From contig JAZKBV010000001.1 in the NCBI GenBank assembly GCA_040388415.1, positions 10,369 to 74,368 on the forward strand: DNA of 64,000 nucleotides, written 5' to 3'. A model generated the notes under the pieces. The model worked only from the letters and a program-made list of their open reading frames with translations, made no database searches and had not been told where the DNA came from. Every line of letters starts with the position of its first letter. Position 1 is the stretch's first letter. The DNA comes from Patescibacteria group bacterium. GTDB taxonomy: Bacteria; Patescibacteriota; Minisyncoccia; Phycocordibacterales; PALSA-1337. Of the stretch, positions 8,527 to 17,542 are shown piece by piece. The position numbers were made by a program, and so were the translations under genes.

Positions 8527-10428
8527 ATGAAAGGAGAAACGCTCACAGAAAAAATACTCTTTGGTCTCGATGTTGTGCTTGTGGTGGTGAATATTCCGAC
8601 ACTACTTTCATTACTCTTACCATCATCGCTCCAGATTCCATACTCGTCAGGTATCTTTGCATTGCTGGCATTTCTTGGTCTCATCCCAGTCGCAGTCAGT
8701 GCTATCAAATCATTACTTGATAAGAAACTTTCAGTCGATCTTCTCGCCGCTATCGCCCTCATCTTTTCACTCCTTTCAAAGGAATGGGTCTCGGCGGCAT
8801 TCATCACGCTCATGCTGGCATTCGCGCGTCTCTTTGACCGTATTACCGAAGTCCGCGCAAAAAAGACCATCCAGAGTTTGATGAAGTATAACGTCGAGCG
8901 TGTGCACCGAAAGATCGGTGACACTATAGAAGAAGTGCATATAAGTGCTATCAAAACAGGAGATATCGTTGTTGTTGAAGCGGGCGATCGTATGCCAGTC
9001 GATGGCATCGTCGAATCAGGTGAAGCAGACGTAAATGAAGCGTCGCTTACCGGTGAAAGCGAATTGGTGCACAAGAAGATCGGTTCACGAGTGTATACCT
9101 CTACGGTAAATGAGTCTGGTTCTCTTATCGTCAAAACAGAGAAGGTGGGTGCAGATACGACCCTTTCGCGCATGATTGCTCTCGTTGAAGAAGCTGGTCG
9201 CGACAAAAATGAAGCTGAGCGCGCAGCAGACAGATTTACGCAGTGGTATATCCTCTTGTCCTTGGTCGCGGTAGTGGTTATGTATTTCTTTGGTTTATCT
9301 GCAAAAGAAATATTAGCCGTACTTCTTGTGGTCTGTGCTGACGATATCGCTGTTGCTATACCGCTCGCATTTACCGCTGCTATATCTCATGCAGCTCGTC
9401 GCGGTGTCATCGTCAAAGGCTCGAGCGTTTTTGAACAGTTGGCAAAGATGAAGTTTGTCCTGACTGATAAGACAGGTACGCTCACCAAGGGCAAGCCAAA
9501 GATCGTTGATATACGCTCATACGATTCAAGGTATTCCATAGATGAAATCGCTACCCGTTTCTTTATGGGAGCATCGGAATCAAATCACATCGTTTCAAAA
9601 GCTATGACAGAGTACGCAGTTGAACATAAGATGAAGCTCCATACGCCAGATGATTTTGAGGAAGTATCTGGTAAAGGCATCGTCTTCAAACACGATGGGT
9701 CGAATATGCTCATGGGCAGATTGTCGTTTATGCAAGAAAAAGGTTGCACTGTTGCTGAACAAATTCCAAAAGATATTATTTCAGAAAAAGATAATGGCAG
9801 AGGCGTGGCATGTCTCGCTGTCGACGGTGTCGTCGTCGGTCTCATCTCATATCAAGATGAGCTTCGCCCTCGAGTAAAAGAGATCATCAATGAGACAAAA
9901 GAGCTTGGTGTGGAGGAGTGGCACATGCTCACTGGTGACAATGAAAAGTCAGCGGCTGCTGTTTCTGCACAGATTGGCATCCGTCACTATCATGCCAATA
10001 TGACACCAGAGGGCAAAGTAGATTTCATCCGTCATTTTGAAAAGGAACACTCTGGTCGAACTACGCATGCAGGCAAAAAAACTGGAAAGGGTATCGTCGG
10101 CTATATCGGCGATGGAGTCAATGATGCAGCTTCGCTCGCCCTCGCTGATGTTTCAATCGCTATGGGTGGTATCGGCGCAGATGCGGCTATCGAAGCATCA
10201 GATATCACTATCATGAAAGATCATCTCGATCGTTTGCCAGAGACGATGAAGATAGCGCGCAAGGTTCGAAGTGTCATGAAAGGAAACTTTTGGATATGGG
10301 GTATCACCAATATTATCGGCCTTGGCCTAGTAGCTTTTGGCGTCATTGGTCCTGCCGGCGCTGCAACGTACAACTTTCTGACAGATTTTATACCTATCGT
10401 CAACGCTCTCAGGGCAGGGAGGAAGTAG
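8527..10428 (+). CDS. P1B-type heavy-metal ATPase with a non-canonical CADD motif
   Basis: LTGES, DKTGTLT, MLTGD and GDGVNDA motifs; VCADDIAVAIP at the usual CPC position; ATG 8527 follows TATACT. Confidence 0.92.
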   Translation: MKGETLTEKILFGLDVVLVVVNIPTLLSLLLPSSLQIPYSSGIFALLAFLGLIPVAVSAIKSLLDKKLSVDLLAAIALIFSLLSKEWVSAAFITLMLAFARLFDRITEVRAKKTIQSLMKYNVERVHRKIGDTIEEVHISAIKTGDIVVVEAGDRMPVDGIVESGEADVNEASLTGESELVHKKIGSRVYTSTVNESGSLIVKTEKVGADTTLSRMIALVEEAGRDKNEAERAADRFTQWYILLSLVAVVVMYFFGLSAKEILAVLLVVCADDIAVAIPLAFTAAISHAARRGVIVKGSSVFEQLAKMKFVLTDKTGTLTKGKPKIVDIRSYDSRYSIDEIATRFFMGASESNHIVSKAMTEYAVEHKMKLHTPDDFEEVSGKGIVFKHDGSNMLMGRLSFMQEKGCTVAEQIPKDIISEKDNGRGVACLAVDGVVVGLISYQDELRPRVKEIINETKELGVEEWHMLTGDNEKSAAAVSAQIGIRHYHANMTPEGKVDFIRHFEKEHSGRTTHAGKKTGKGIVGYIGDGVNDAASLALADVSIAMGGIGADAAIEASDITIMKDHLDRLPETMKIARKVRSVMKGNFWIWGITNIIGLGLVAFGVIGPAGAATYNFLTDFIPIVNALRAGRK

Positions 10429-10489
10429 GGTATAATTAAGGCATTATAAAAGGTCAATTTTAATATTACGTATTCGTACGTACACGCAT

Positions 10490-10879
10490 ATGGCACTTGT
10501 ATTTCTTATCGCCCGTATCGTTCTTGGTTTGTACTGGCTAGAGACAGCATATAAACACCTTTTCAAATCAGCTGGCCTCATCGGCTACGCTCAGATGAAA
10601 GGGGTGAAAGCAGCAAAGGTTGCAGTCATGGGTTCAGGTATCCTCGCTCTTCTCGGCGGACTTTCGATCCTCCTCGGCGTTCGTCCTCACTATGGCATCG
10701 TGCTCCTCGTTATTTTCCTCGTCGGTGTATCTTTCAAGATGCATACCTACTGGAAGATCGAAGATCCTATGCAAAAGATGAATGAGCGCATCAACTTCAT
10801 GAAGAACATCGCTCTCGCTGCTGCTATCCTTGCTCTTGCACAGGTCGCTCAGCCTTGGGTATATGGTTTGAATTGGTAG
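10490..10879 (+). CDS. DoxX-family membrane protein
   Basis: 'GGLSILLG', 'SFKMHTYW', 'NFMKNIAL' DoxX motifs. Confidence 0.85.
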   Translation: MALVFLIARIVLGLYWLETAYKHLFKSAGLIGYAQMKGVKAAKVAVMGSGILALLGGLSILLGVRPHYGIVLLVIFLVGVSFKMHTYWKIEDPMQKMNERINFMKNIALAAAILALAQVAQPWVYGLNW

Positions 10880-10903
10880 TAGTCAGATTTTAATAAGGCC
10901 ATT

Positions 10904-10942
10904 TTATACCATTATTGACGTATAGTGTCAGTAGTGGTATAA
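10904..10942 (+). promoter_or_regulatory. Sigma70-type promoter embedded in a 39-bp palindrome
   Basis: TTGACG (10915)-N17-TATAAC (10938); arms TTATACCATTATTGAC / GTCAGTAGTGGTATAA. Confidence 0.6.
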
Positions 10943-11017
10943 CTGCATACGTAAGATCATTGAATGCTGTGGCGAAGAGTCCAGCAACATAAACAACGAT
11001 AAAGAAAGGATGACACC

Positions 11018-11638
11018 ATGACACAGATCATGACTGCACCCGAAATGATGACCGACGCCCAAATCGAAAACGCCGTCAACAAACTCCGCGATGCGATGCG
11101 CAAGCATCGTTCTGAGATCACTTCGAACACTGCTCAGCATGTTCTCGGTATCAAGAACCTCGGAACGATAATGTTCGCACCCTTCCGCGAACGCGCTCTC
11201 GCAGTTTCGAACATCATCGTCCGCAAGGTCACAGTGAATCGCGGTCGTTCCCAGCAAGAGGCGCTCTATACTACTGGTTGCGCGCAATACGTGGACCGCA
11301 AAGTCGTGGACAGCATGCCGAAAGGTGAGGGCGATGAAGTCGAGGTTATGTTTTTCAAACCCGACCTCTCGCAACGCAACGGTTTTATCTCCGATGACGA
11401 CCTTAAAAGAGAGTTTGAGCTGCGCGGCCTCAAGCCCGCTGACCCGATCTCTGTCGCTGCTGTGAATGAAGCCGATCCTTCCTTCGTTAATAAGAGGCCT
11501 CACGGCACTTATTGGAAGGATATCAAAGGTGACTTGTGCTACGCCACGTTTGATCATACCGACGAGCGTCGTGTGCGCGTCAAAAGTGGCGACCGTGGTT
11601 GGAGTGACTATTGGTGGTTCGCTGGTCTTCGCAAGTAG
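11018..11638 (+). CDS. Hypothetical protein; candidate DGR variable (target) protein
   Basis: SD-like AAAGGA; C-terminus ...RRVRVKSGDRGWSDYWWFAGLRK resembles C-type-lectin-fold DGR target ends; hairpin after the stop. Confidence 0.6.
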   Translation: MTQIMTAPEMMTDAQIENAVNKLRDAMRKHRSEITSNTAQHVLGIKNLGTIMFAPFRERALAVSNIIVRKVTVNRGRSQQEALYTTGCAQYVDRKVVDSMPKGEGDEVEVMFFKPDLSQRNGFISDDDLKREFELRGLKPADPISVAAVNEADPSFVNKRPHGTYWKDIKGDLCYATFDHTDERRVRVKSGDRGWSDYWWFAGLRK

Positions 11639-11657
11639 TTCTCAATACTACGTTCTC

Positions 11658-11691
11658 AGACCCTGCATGTCTTTATGTGCAGGGTTTTTTT
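11658..11691. terminator. Hairpin/terminator between convergent genes
   Basis: AGACCCTGCAT...GTGCAGGGTTT followed by a T-run. Confidence 0.7.
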
Positions 11692-12361
11692 ATTGAGTAG
11701 AAACTATTTTTATAAAACTTTCGCAGTAGTTAGCGTCTCGACCACTAACAGGTTTTACTTTGACACCTATTGTGGCTGGTTGATCAGGTGTTGAATTGAT
11801 TATTGTCGTCTTGGTAAGATTTTCTAGATCAGACAAATCAATGTTAAGTGTGAGATTATTTTTGTCGATTTTATTTACGGTATTGCCACTAGCCAGCATA
11901 TCTTTAAATAATTTAATGAGAGCACTGTCACCACCAGTGATATTGAAGATTGAGCAGGTCGTAGTTGCAGGTAATGGGTCTCGACTTGGGTCATAATCAA
12001 ACGGATACATGACCACTTCGCGCGTCGAGTAATATCCGTTAAGAAGATACACCTCCTTGCCTGTACCGATCGGGTATGAATCATGAGCCGATGAGCATGA
12101 TATTTTCGATGACCCATCAGTACTCATAACGGCGACCGGGATCAAATCTGCGGGGCATCCAAAATTATCTGGCGAAGTTGTCGCTGTTAGATCAAGACCA
12201 AGTTTAATTTTAAGGGGAGCCAGTCCGCCCTTATTCATTGCAAATGCAGGAATAATCTCTGTTGTTACAGGCTTTCGAAAATTATGACTGAGTGAGACTG
12301 CGAGTGCGACTGAAAGCAGTCCAATAATGACGAGTAAATATATGAGAAGTTTCTTGTTCAT
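11690..12361 (-). CDS. Hypothetical membrane-anchored secreted protein
   Basis: N-terminal hydrophobic helix; four Cys; AT-rich. Confidence 0.65.
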   Translation of the reverse strand: MNKKLLIYLLVIIGLLSVALAVSLSHNFRKPVTTEIIPAFAMNKGGLAPLKIKLGLDLTATTSPDNFGCPADLIPVAVMSTDGSSKISCSSAHDSYPIGTGKEVYLLNGYYSTREVVMYPFDYDPSRDPLPATTTCSIFNITGGDSALIKLFKDMLASGNTVNKIDKNNLTLNIDLSDLENLTKTTIINSTPDQPATIGVKVKPVSGRDANYCESFIKIVSTQ

Positions 12362-12431
12362 GGGCTCATGCTAACAAATAGGGCGTGTTTTGTTAAATCT
12401 TCACATGTATTTTATATGTTAAAATATTCCC

Positions 12432-14141
12432 ATGTTCGACCCAAAAAAACTTTCAAAACTAATAGAAGGGGACGTTAGTACAAGCGAGTACAATCTTGAT
12501 AAAGCCAGTCACGACGCTTCGCTCTTCGAAGTGCGTCCAACGGTAGTTGTCTCGCCAAAAAATGTGGCTGACGTAGAGAAGCTGGTCCGCTACGTTGCCG
12601 ATGAAGCTCTTCATCGATCAAATTCATCGACACAAGAACCAAAGCTTACGCTCACTGCGCGTTCAGCAGGCACGGATATGTCAGGAGGACCACTGACCGA
12701 ATCGATCGTTGTTGACTTCACCAAAAATTTCAATCATATAAAAGGGGTCACAGAAAAAAATCTTGACCCTATCCTTGGCATAGAAATCAGTGGTTTTGCG
12801 GTGACTGAGCCAGGAGTATACTATCGTGATTTTGACAAAGCCACTCTCGCGGCAGGTGGACAGATCATGCCGAGCTATCCTGCTTCACGCGAGCTGTGTA
12901 CGGTGGGTGGAATGGCTGCAAATAACTCTGGTGGAGAAAAGACGCTGACCTATGGCAAGACTGAACGATACGTACGCCGTCTCAACATGGTCACGGCTGA
13001 CGGCAAAGAGCACATGTTCCAACCTCTCACTATGCATCAGTTGGAGCAAGCAAAGAAATTTCCTTCATTTGAAAGTGACATATACCGCAAGATGCACGAA
13101 CTCCTCGAAAAAAATTACGACCTTTTACAAAAAGCAAAGCCGATCGTTTCAAAGAATTCGAGTGGATATTTTCTCTGGAATGTCTGGGATAAAGAGAAGG
13201 GCATATTTGACCTGACAAAAATGATCGTTGGCTCACAGGGCACGCTTGGCCTCGTCACTGAGATCGAATTCGCTCTCGTAAAGCCAAAGAAGTTTTCTCA
13301 TATGGTCGTGGTCTTCCTCAAGGATTTGGCACAGCTTGCGCCGACCGCGACGCATATTATGGAGTTTAAGCCAGAGAGCTTTGAATCATATGATGATCAT
13401 ACATTCAAGGTTGCTCTTAAATTCCTTCCGTCACTCATCAAGAGAATGAAAGGCAATATCATTTCACTTGGCTTCCAGTTCATCCCTGAGATGCTCGCCG
13501 TCATCCGCGGTGGTGTGCCAAAGATGGTCCTCATGGCAGAGTTCACTGCAGATACCGACGAAGAAGCGCTCCGTCTCGCTGTTGCTGCACATGACTCGCT
13601 CAAAGTTATCCACGAAAAGTCACTCGTCACCAAAACTGCTCGCCAGTCGAACAAGTACTGGATCATCCGCCGTGAAAGTTTCAATATGCTACGTCAGCAT
13701 GTCAAAGGTCTCCGCACCGCTCCCTTCATCGATGACTTCGTCGTGCCACCAGAGACATTGCCGAAGTTTCTTCCACGCTTGTATGCCATCCTCGGTCAGT
13801 ATGAGCATGATATTACCTACACTATTGCTGGGCATGTCGGTGACGGCAATTTCCACATCATTCCGCTCATGAATCTGAACGATCCAAAGTCGCACACTAT
13901 CATCGAAGATCTGTCGGTCAAAGTCTATAAGCTCGTCCATGAGTTCAATGGTTCGATTAGCGGTGAACACAATGATGGCATCATCCGCACACCGTTCGTG
14001 AAGATGCAGTATGGCGAAGAAGTTTACAAGCTCTTTGAAGAGGTAAAGAAAATCTGGGATCCGCAGGGCATATTTAATCCTGGCAAGAAAGTGGGAGGCA
14101 CGCTTGAGTATGCATTCAAGCATCTGGTCAAAAATTCTTAG
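12432..14141 (+). CDS. FAD-binding oxidoreductase (GlcD/D-lactate dehydrogenase-like)
   Basis: RSAGTDMSGG, TVGGMAANNSGG, GSQGTLG, GHVGDGNFH, SGEHNDG, DPQGIFNPGK. Confidence 0.9.
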   Translation: MFDPKKLSKLIEGDVSTSEYNLDKASHDASLFEVRPTVVVSPKNVADVEKLVRYVADEALHRSNSSTQEPKLTLTARSAGTDMSGGPLTESIVVDFTKNFNHIKGVTEKNLDPILGIEISGFAVTEPGVYYRDFDKATLAAGGQIMPSYPASRELCTVGGMAANNSGGEKTLTYGKTERYVRRLNMVTADGKEHMFQPLTMHQLEQAKKFPSFESDIYRKMHELLEKNYDLLQKAKPIVSKNSSGYFLWNVWDKEKGIFDLTKMIVGSQGTLGLVTEIEFALVKPKKFSHMVVVFLKDLAQLAPTATHIMEFKPESFESYDDHTFKVALKFLPSLIKRMKGNIISLGFQFIPEMLAVIRGGVPKMVLMAEFTADTDEEALRLAVAAHDSLKVIHEKSLVTKTARQSNKYWIIRRESFNMLRQHVKGLRTAPFIDDFVVPPETLPKFLPRLYAILGQYEHDITYTIAGHVGDGNFHIIPLMNLNDPKSHTIIEDLSVKVYKLVHEFNGSISGEHNDGIIRTPFVKMQYGEEVYKLFEEVKKIWDPQGIFNPGKKVGGTLEYAFKHLVKNS

Positions 14142-14183
14142 GCTAAGACGTCATAAATTATCAAGTCATCCGTCAACATACAT

Positions 14184-14990
14184 ATGTCATCAGCTATAAC
14201 AGTAAAAAATCTCACCAAAACCTTCAAGGGCGGTTTTGAAGCCGTAAAAAACGTCTCTTTTGATGTTCCAGCCGGTAGCACCTTTGCGTTTCTCGGTCCC
14301 AATGGAGCAGGCAAGACGACGACGATCCGCATGCTCACGACACTCCTCGCTCCGACATCTGGCTCAATCATGATCAATGGTTTTGATCCGACCAAAGACC
14401 CGCATATGGTTCGCAAATCATGCGGCATTGTCTTTCAGGACGCGAGCCTCGACGATGATCTGACTGCATACGAGAACATGTCTTTCCATGCAGGCATCTT
14501 TGGTGTGCCAAAAAATGAAGCAAAGGCGCGCATCGAAGAGCTTTTGAGATTTGTTGAGCTCTGGGATCGCAAGGATGATTTCGTCAAAGCTTTTTCTGGT
14601 GGTATGAAGCGCCGTCTTGAGATCGCACGCGGTCTCCTGCACACGCCTGCAGTCTTGTTCCTCGATGAGCCGACGGTCGGCCTTGATCCTCAGACACGCA
14701 ATCATATCTGGTCATATATCAAGAAGCTCAATACTGAAAAGGGTTTGACCGTTTTCTTCACTACTCACTATATGGATGAAGTTGAGCGCGTTGCCGACCA
14801 TGTAGTCGTCATCGATCATGGAGGCATGGTGGCGAGCGATACAGTACAAGGCATCATTGCGAAAAACGGCGGAACTTCGCTTGAAGATGCTTTTATCAAG
14901 CTCACAGGCCATGATATCCGCGAAGAAAGCGTTGATGCTACGGATCATCTCCGGTCGATGCGCAAGATGTTTGGCGGCAGTAAAAAATAA
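14184..14990 (+). CDS. ABC transporter ATP-binding protein (DrrA/NodI-like)
   Basis: GPNGAGKTT, FSGGMKRRLEIARGL, LDEPTVGLDP, TTHYM. Confidence 0.93.
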   Translation: MSSAITVKNLTKTFKGGFEAVKNVSFDVPAGSTFAFLGPNGAGKTTTIRMLTTLLAPTSGSIMINGFDPTKDPHMVRKSCGIVFQDASLDDDLTAYENMSFHAGIFGVPKNEAKARIEELLRFVELWDRKDDFVKAFSGGMKRRLEIARGLLHTPAVLFLDEPTVGLDPQTRNHIWSYIKKLNTEKGLTVFFTTHYMDEVERVADHVVVIDHGGMVASDTVQGIIAKNGGTSLEDAFIKLTGHDIREESVDATDHLRSMRKMFGGSKK

Positions 14991-14995
14991 TATAT

Positions 14996-15754
14996 ATGAA
15001 TTCAATCACTCTCACCACGATCTATATCCTCTGGCTCAGACAGATCAAGAAATATCTTCGTTCAAAGTCGCGCATCCTCGGCTCGCTTGGTCAGCCGATT
15101 CTCTTTCTTGTAGTCCTCGGTTTTGGTCTCGGTCCTGTTTTTGAAAAGGGCGGAGGAGGGAACTATATCCAATTCCTATCACCAGGCATTATCGCCATGA
15201 GCATTCTTTTCGCTGCTGTCTTTTCGGGCATTGAGATCATTTGGGATCGTCGTTTTGGCTTCCTCAAAGAAACTCTTGTTGCACCAGTTAGCCGTACTGC
15301 AGTCATGATTGGACGCACGTTGGGTGGGGCGACTACAGCCTTTATACAAGGTGTAATCGTTCTTCTCATCACGTTCTGTGTCGGCTTCCATACAACTATC
15401 CTCGGTGCATTACTCAGTCTCGTAGTCATGTTCATCATCGCGGTTATTTTTGCGGCTCTCGGTACGATTTTCGGTTCACTTATGCAGGATATCCAGGGCT
15501 TCGGTCTTATCGTCAATCTGCTCGTCATGCCGTTGTTCTTTCTTGCAGGAGCCCTTTTTCCTCTCGACACAGCGCCTGTAGCTATTCGTATCATATCGGA
15601 TATTAACCCTCTAACATATGGGGTTGATGCTCTGAGACATGTTCTTACGGGGGCCACGCACTTTAGTCTCTGGACGGATACTCTCGTTCTTTCAGGGGTT
15701 GTGGTAGTGGGGATAGCTGTCGGCGCCTACCTATTCTCAAAGATAGAGGCGTGA
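14996..15754 (+). CDS. ABC-2 type permease (DrrB-like)
   Basis: PGIIAM, 'WDRRFGFLKETLVAP', NPLTYGVDALR; about six TM segments. Confidence 0.9.
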   Translation: MNSITLTTIYILWLRQIKKYLRSKSRILGSLGQPILFLVVLGFGLGPVFEKGGGGNYIQFLSPGIIAMSILFAAVFSGIEIIWDRRFGFLKETLVAPVSRTAVMIGRTLGGATTAFIQGVIVLLITFCVGFHTTILGALLSLVVMFIIAVIFAALGTIFGSLMQDIQGFGLIVNLLVMPLFFLAGALFPLDTAPVAIRIISDINPLTYGVDALRHVLTGATHFSLWTDTLVLSGVVVVGIAVGAYLFSKIEA

Positions 15755-15769
15755 TATAATTTTCTCTAT

Positions 15770-16120
15770 ATGGCTGAAAAACTACAACTCGTTCTTATTT
15801 TCGTGGCGGTCATCTGTGGGGTACTCTCAGCGACATATTTTTATACGTCAGCAGGCATTTTCATGAATCTCTTGAGAAAGCCGTTGCGTCTCATTTCTTC
15901 GGGAATGTTTTTGATTGCTCTCGGCGTTCTCCTCGCCGCATTCATCTCATATGAATCTCAGCAAGGGCTTGAGTTATACATGGGTAGTATTCCGCTTTCA
16001 GTATTTTTCTACATCTTGTATATTATCGGTTCTATCGTCATTGGCTTTGGCGCTCGCCAGTTCGCAACACATCCCAGTGGCAACAATGTGGTAGATGTAT
16101 CGATGAAGAGAGGGGTGTAG
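15770..16120 (+). CDS. Small membrane protein
   Basis: Three hydrophobic helices; TATAAT just upstream. Confidence 0.65.
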   Translation: MAEKLQLVLIFVAVICGVLSATYFYTSAGIFMNLLRKPLRLISSGMFLIALGVLLAAFISYESQQGLELYMGSIPLSVFFYILYIIGSIVIGFGARQFATHPSGNNVVDVSMKRGV

Positions 16121-16176
16121 TCCTGCAAGTATTTTTCTTTTCTTGACTCAAGAAATTATTTTGGTATGATAAGTGC

Positions 16177-16290
16177 TCAAGGATCGATTTTAATGTAGTA
16201 AATCCCCCAGGTCTACGGCCTTGATATTTTTGTGGAATGCAGAGGCGTTGAGGGAATAGAAAGGGGTCCCTCTAAAATCAATCTTGCTCT
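16177..16290 (+). ncRNA. Putative structured ncRNA, 6S-RNA-like
   Basis: Promoter TTGACT-N16-TATGAT with extended -10 TG (16143-16170); ends pair (CAAGGATCGATTTTA / TAAAATCAATCTTG); central bubble and inner stem; no ORF; downstream terminator. Confidence 0.5.
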
Positions 16291-16307
16291 GCTTAAGCAG
16301 AGATTCT

Positions 16308-16336
16308 ACAAAAGGCTTTTAATAGAGGCCTTTTGT
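16308..16336. terminator. Bidirectional terminator
   Basis: ACAAAAGGC...GCCTTTTGT. Confidence 0.7.
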
Positions 16337-16337
16337 C

Positions 16338-16712
16338 TTATCTGTCCATAACACTGAGAAAAAATAGTAGATGCATCTTTTCTCTTATAATAATAACTTT
16401 AACCACCTTTTTATTTATATTTTCTGTGAGTACATAGTATTTTATATAAGAATTTTTGGTCATTCTCATCTCATTTGAGTTAATCGTTTTTACTGTCCTT
16501 ACTATTTGAATGGCTATTTTGAGTAATTTTATCCGCCTGTACTGATCAGGAACTGTTCGTTGTTTGCCGTTTTTGAATAATAAGTGATTTAAGCCACGTT
16601 CGGTAAAATAAACTTTTTCACCATTAAAGGCAGGGCAGACTACACTACCTATCTTAAAGTATTCTTTTCTAGCATTTTCTATAAATTCCTTCTTTGTATG
16701 ATTTTGCACCAT
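16338..16712 (-). CDS. Basic hypothetical protein, possibly BECR/RelE-like RNase fold
   Basis: 'VYFTERGLNHLLFK' and C-terminal 'VKVII...FFLSVM' pattern; very AT- and Lys-rich. Confidence 0.5.
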   Translation of the reverse strand: MVQNHTKKEFIENARKEYFKIGSVVCPAFNGEKVYFTERGLNHLLFKNGKQRTVPDQYRRIKLLKIAIQIVRTVKTINSNEMRMTKNSYIKYYVLTENINKKVVKVIIIREKMHLLFFLSVMDR

Positions 16713-16780
16713 ACAAGCGTACCAACCCGAAATGAAGAACTAATCAAAAAGTTCTCAAGGAACGATAAAGTTTAGCTATG

Positions 16781-17470
16781 CTACCACGGATATTTTTGTC
16801 CTTTGAACCAGAATTGTCCCGTCTCAGGTTTTGATAGGGCGAGCTTGTAGATATCATCTACAGCTTCGACAGGGAGGACTGGTGCATCGTCACCGCCCAT
16901 ATCGGTGCGCACCCAACCAGGATGAACCGAGGAGACGGTGATTCCTGTCTTTTCATGTTCCAGTCTCATTGCCAAAGTTCGCGTGTACATATTTATTGCA
17001 GCCTTGGAAATCTTGTATGCAGGATAATGGAAAGGAAAATGAGAAGTTAAAGCATCTTTCATATCAGTCTCTGTTAATGAGGCAGCTGATGATGAAGTGT
17101 TCACAATGTGCCCATCGTTTCTAATAATTTTAATTATCTGTTCAGTAAGGTCGATTGTACCAATCAGGTTAACCATTAGTGTTCTTTGCAATTTATCCAC
17201 GATTACATGAGTTTCTTCATCATCAAATAATGCTCCAGCATTGTTGTGCATGATATCTATCTGAGTGCCTGATTTTATTATCTTTTTGACGCACGTACGG
17301 ATAGATCGTGGTTTTGATAGATCTAATGTATAGACTGTCAGGTTTTCGTGTTCAAAATCAACTTTACCGTTTATCGATGTGCCGATGACTGTGTGGCCTT
17401 CTGCCAAATATTTTTCAGCCAGTGCTTTGCCGATGCCACGACTAATGCCAGTGATGAGGATGGTTTTCAT
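16781..17470 (-). CDS. Short-chain dehydrogenase/reductase
   Basis: TGISRGIG, NNAG, YKISK catalytic motif, HPGWVRTDMGG. Confidence 0.93.
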   Translation of the reverse strand: MKTILITGISRGIGKALAEKYLAEGHTVIGTSINGKVDFEHENLTVYTLDLSKPRSIRTCVKKIIKSGTQIDIMHNNAGALFDDEETHVIVDKLQRTLMVNLIGTIDLTEQIIKIIRNDGHIVNTSSSAASLTETDMKDALTSHFPFHYPAYKISKAAINMYTRTLAMRLEHEKTGITVSSVHPGWVRTDMGGDDAPVLPVEAVDDIYKLALSKPETGQFWFKGQKYPW

Positions 17471-17542
17471 GGGGGTATTTTAGCATATGTTGTCGTCTGG
17501 TTTTTAGTTGCTTTTTAGTGGGCGTAGCTATATAAATAAGCC

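Noticed and set aside
16177-16290. SRP RNA (ffs)
   Set aside because: CAGG and GCAG are present but the GNRA-capped helix 8 geometry is missing
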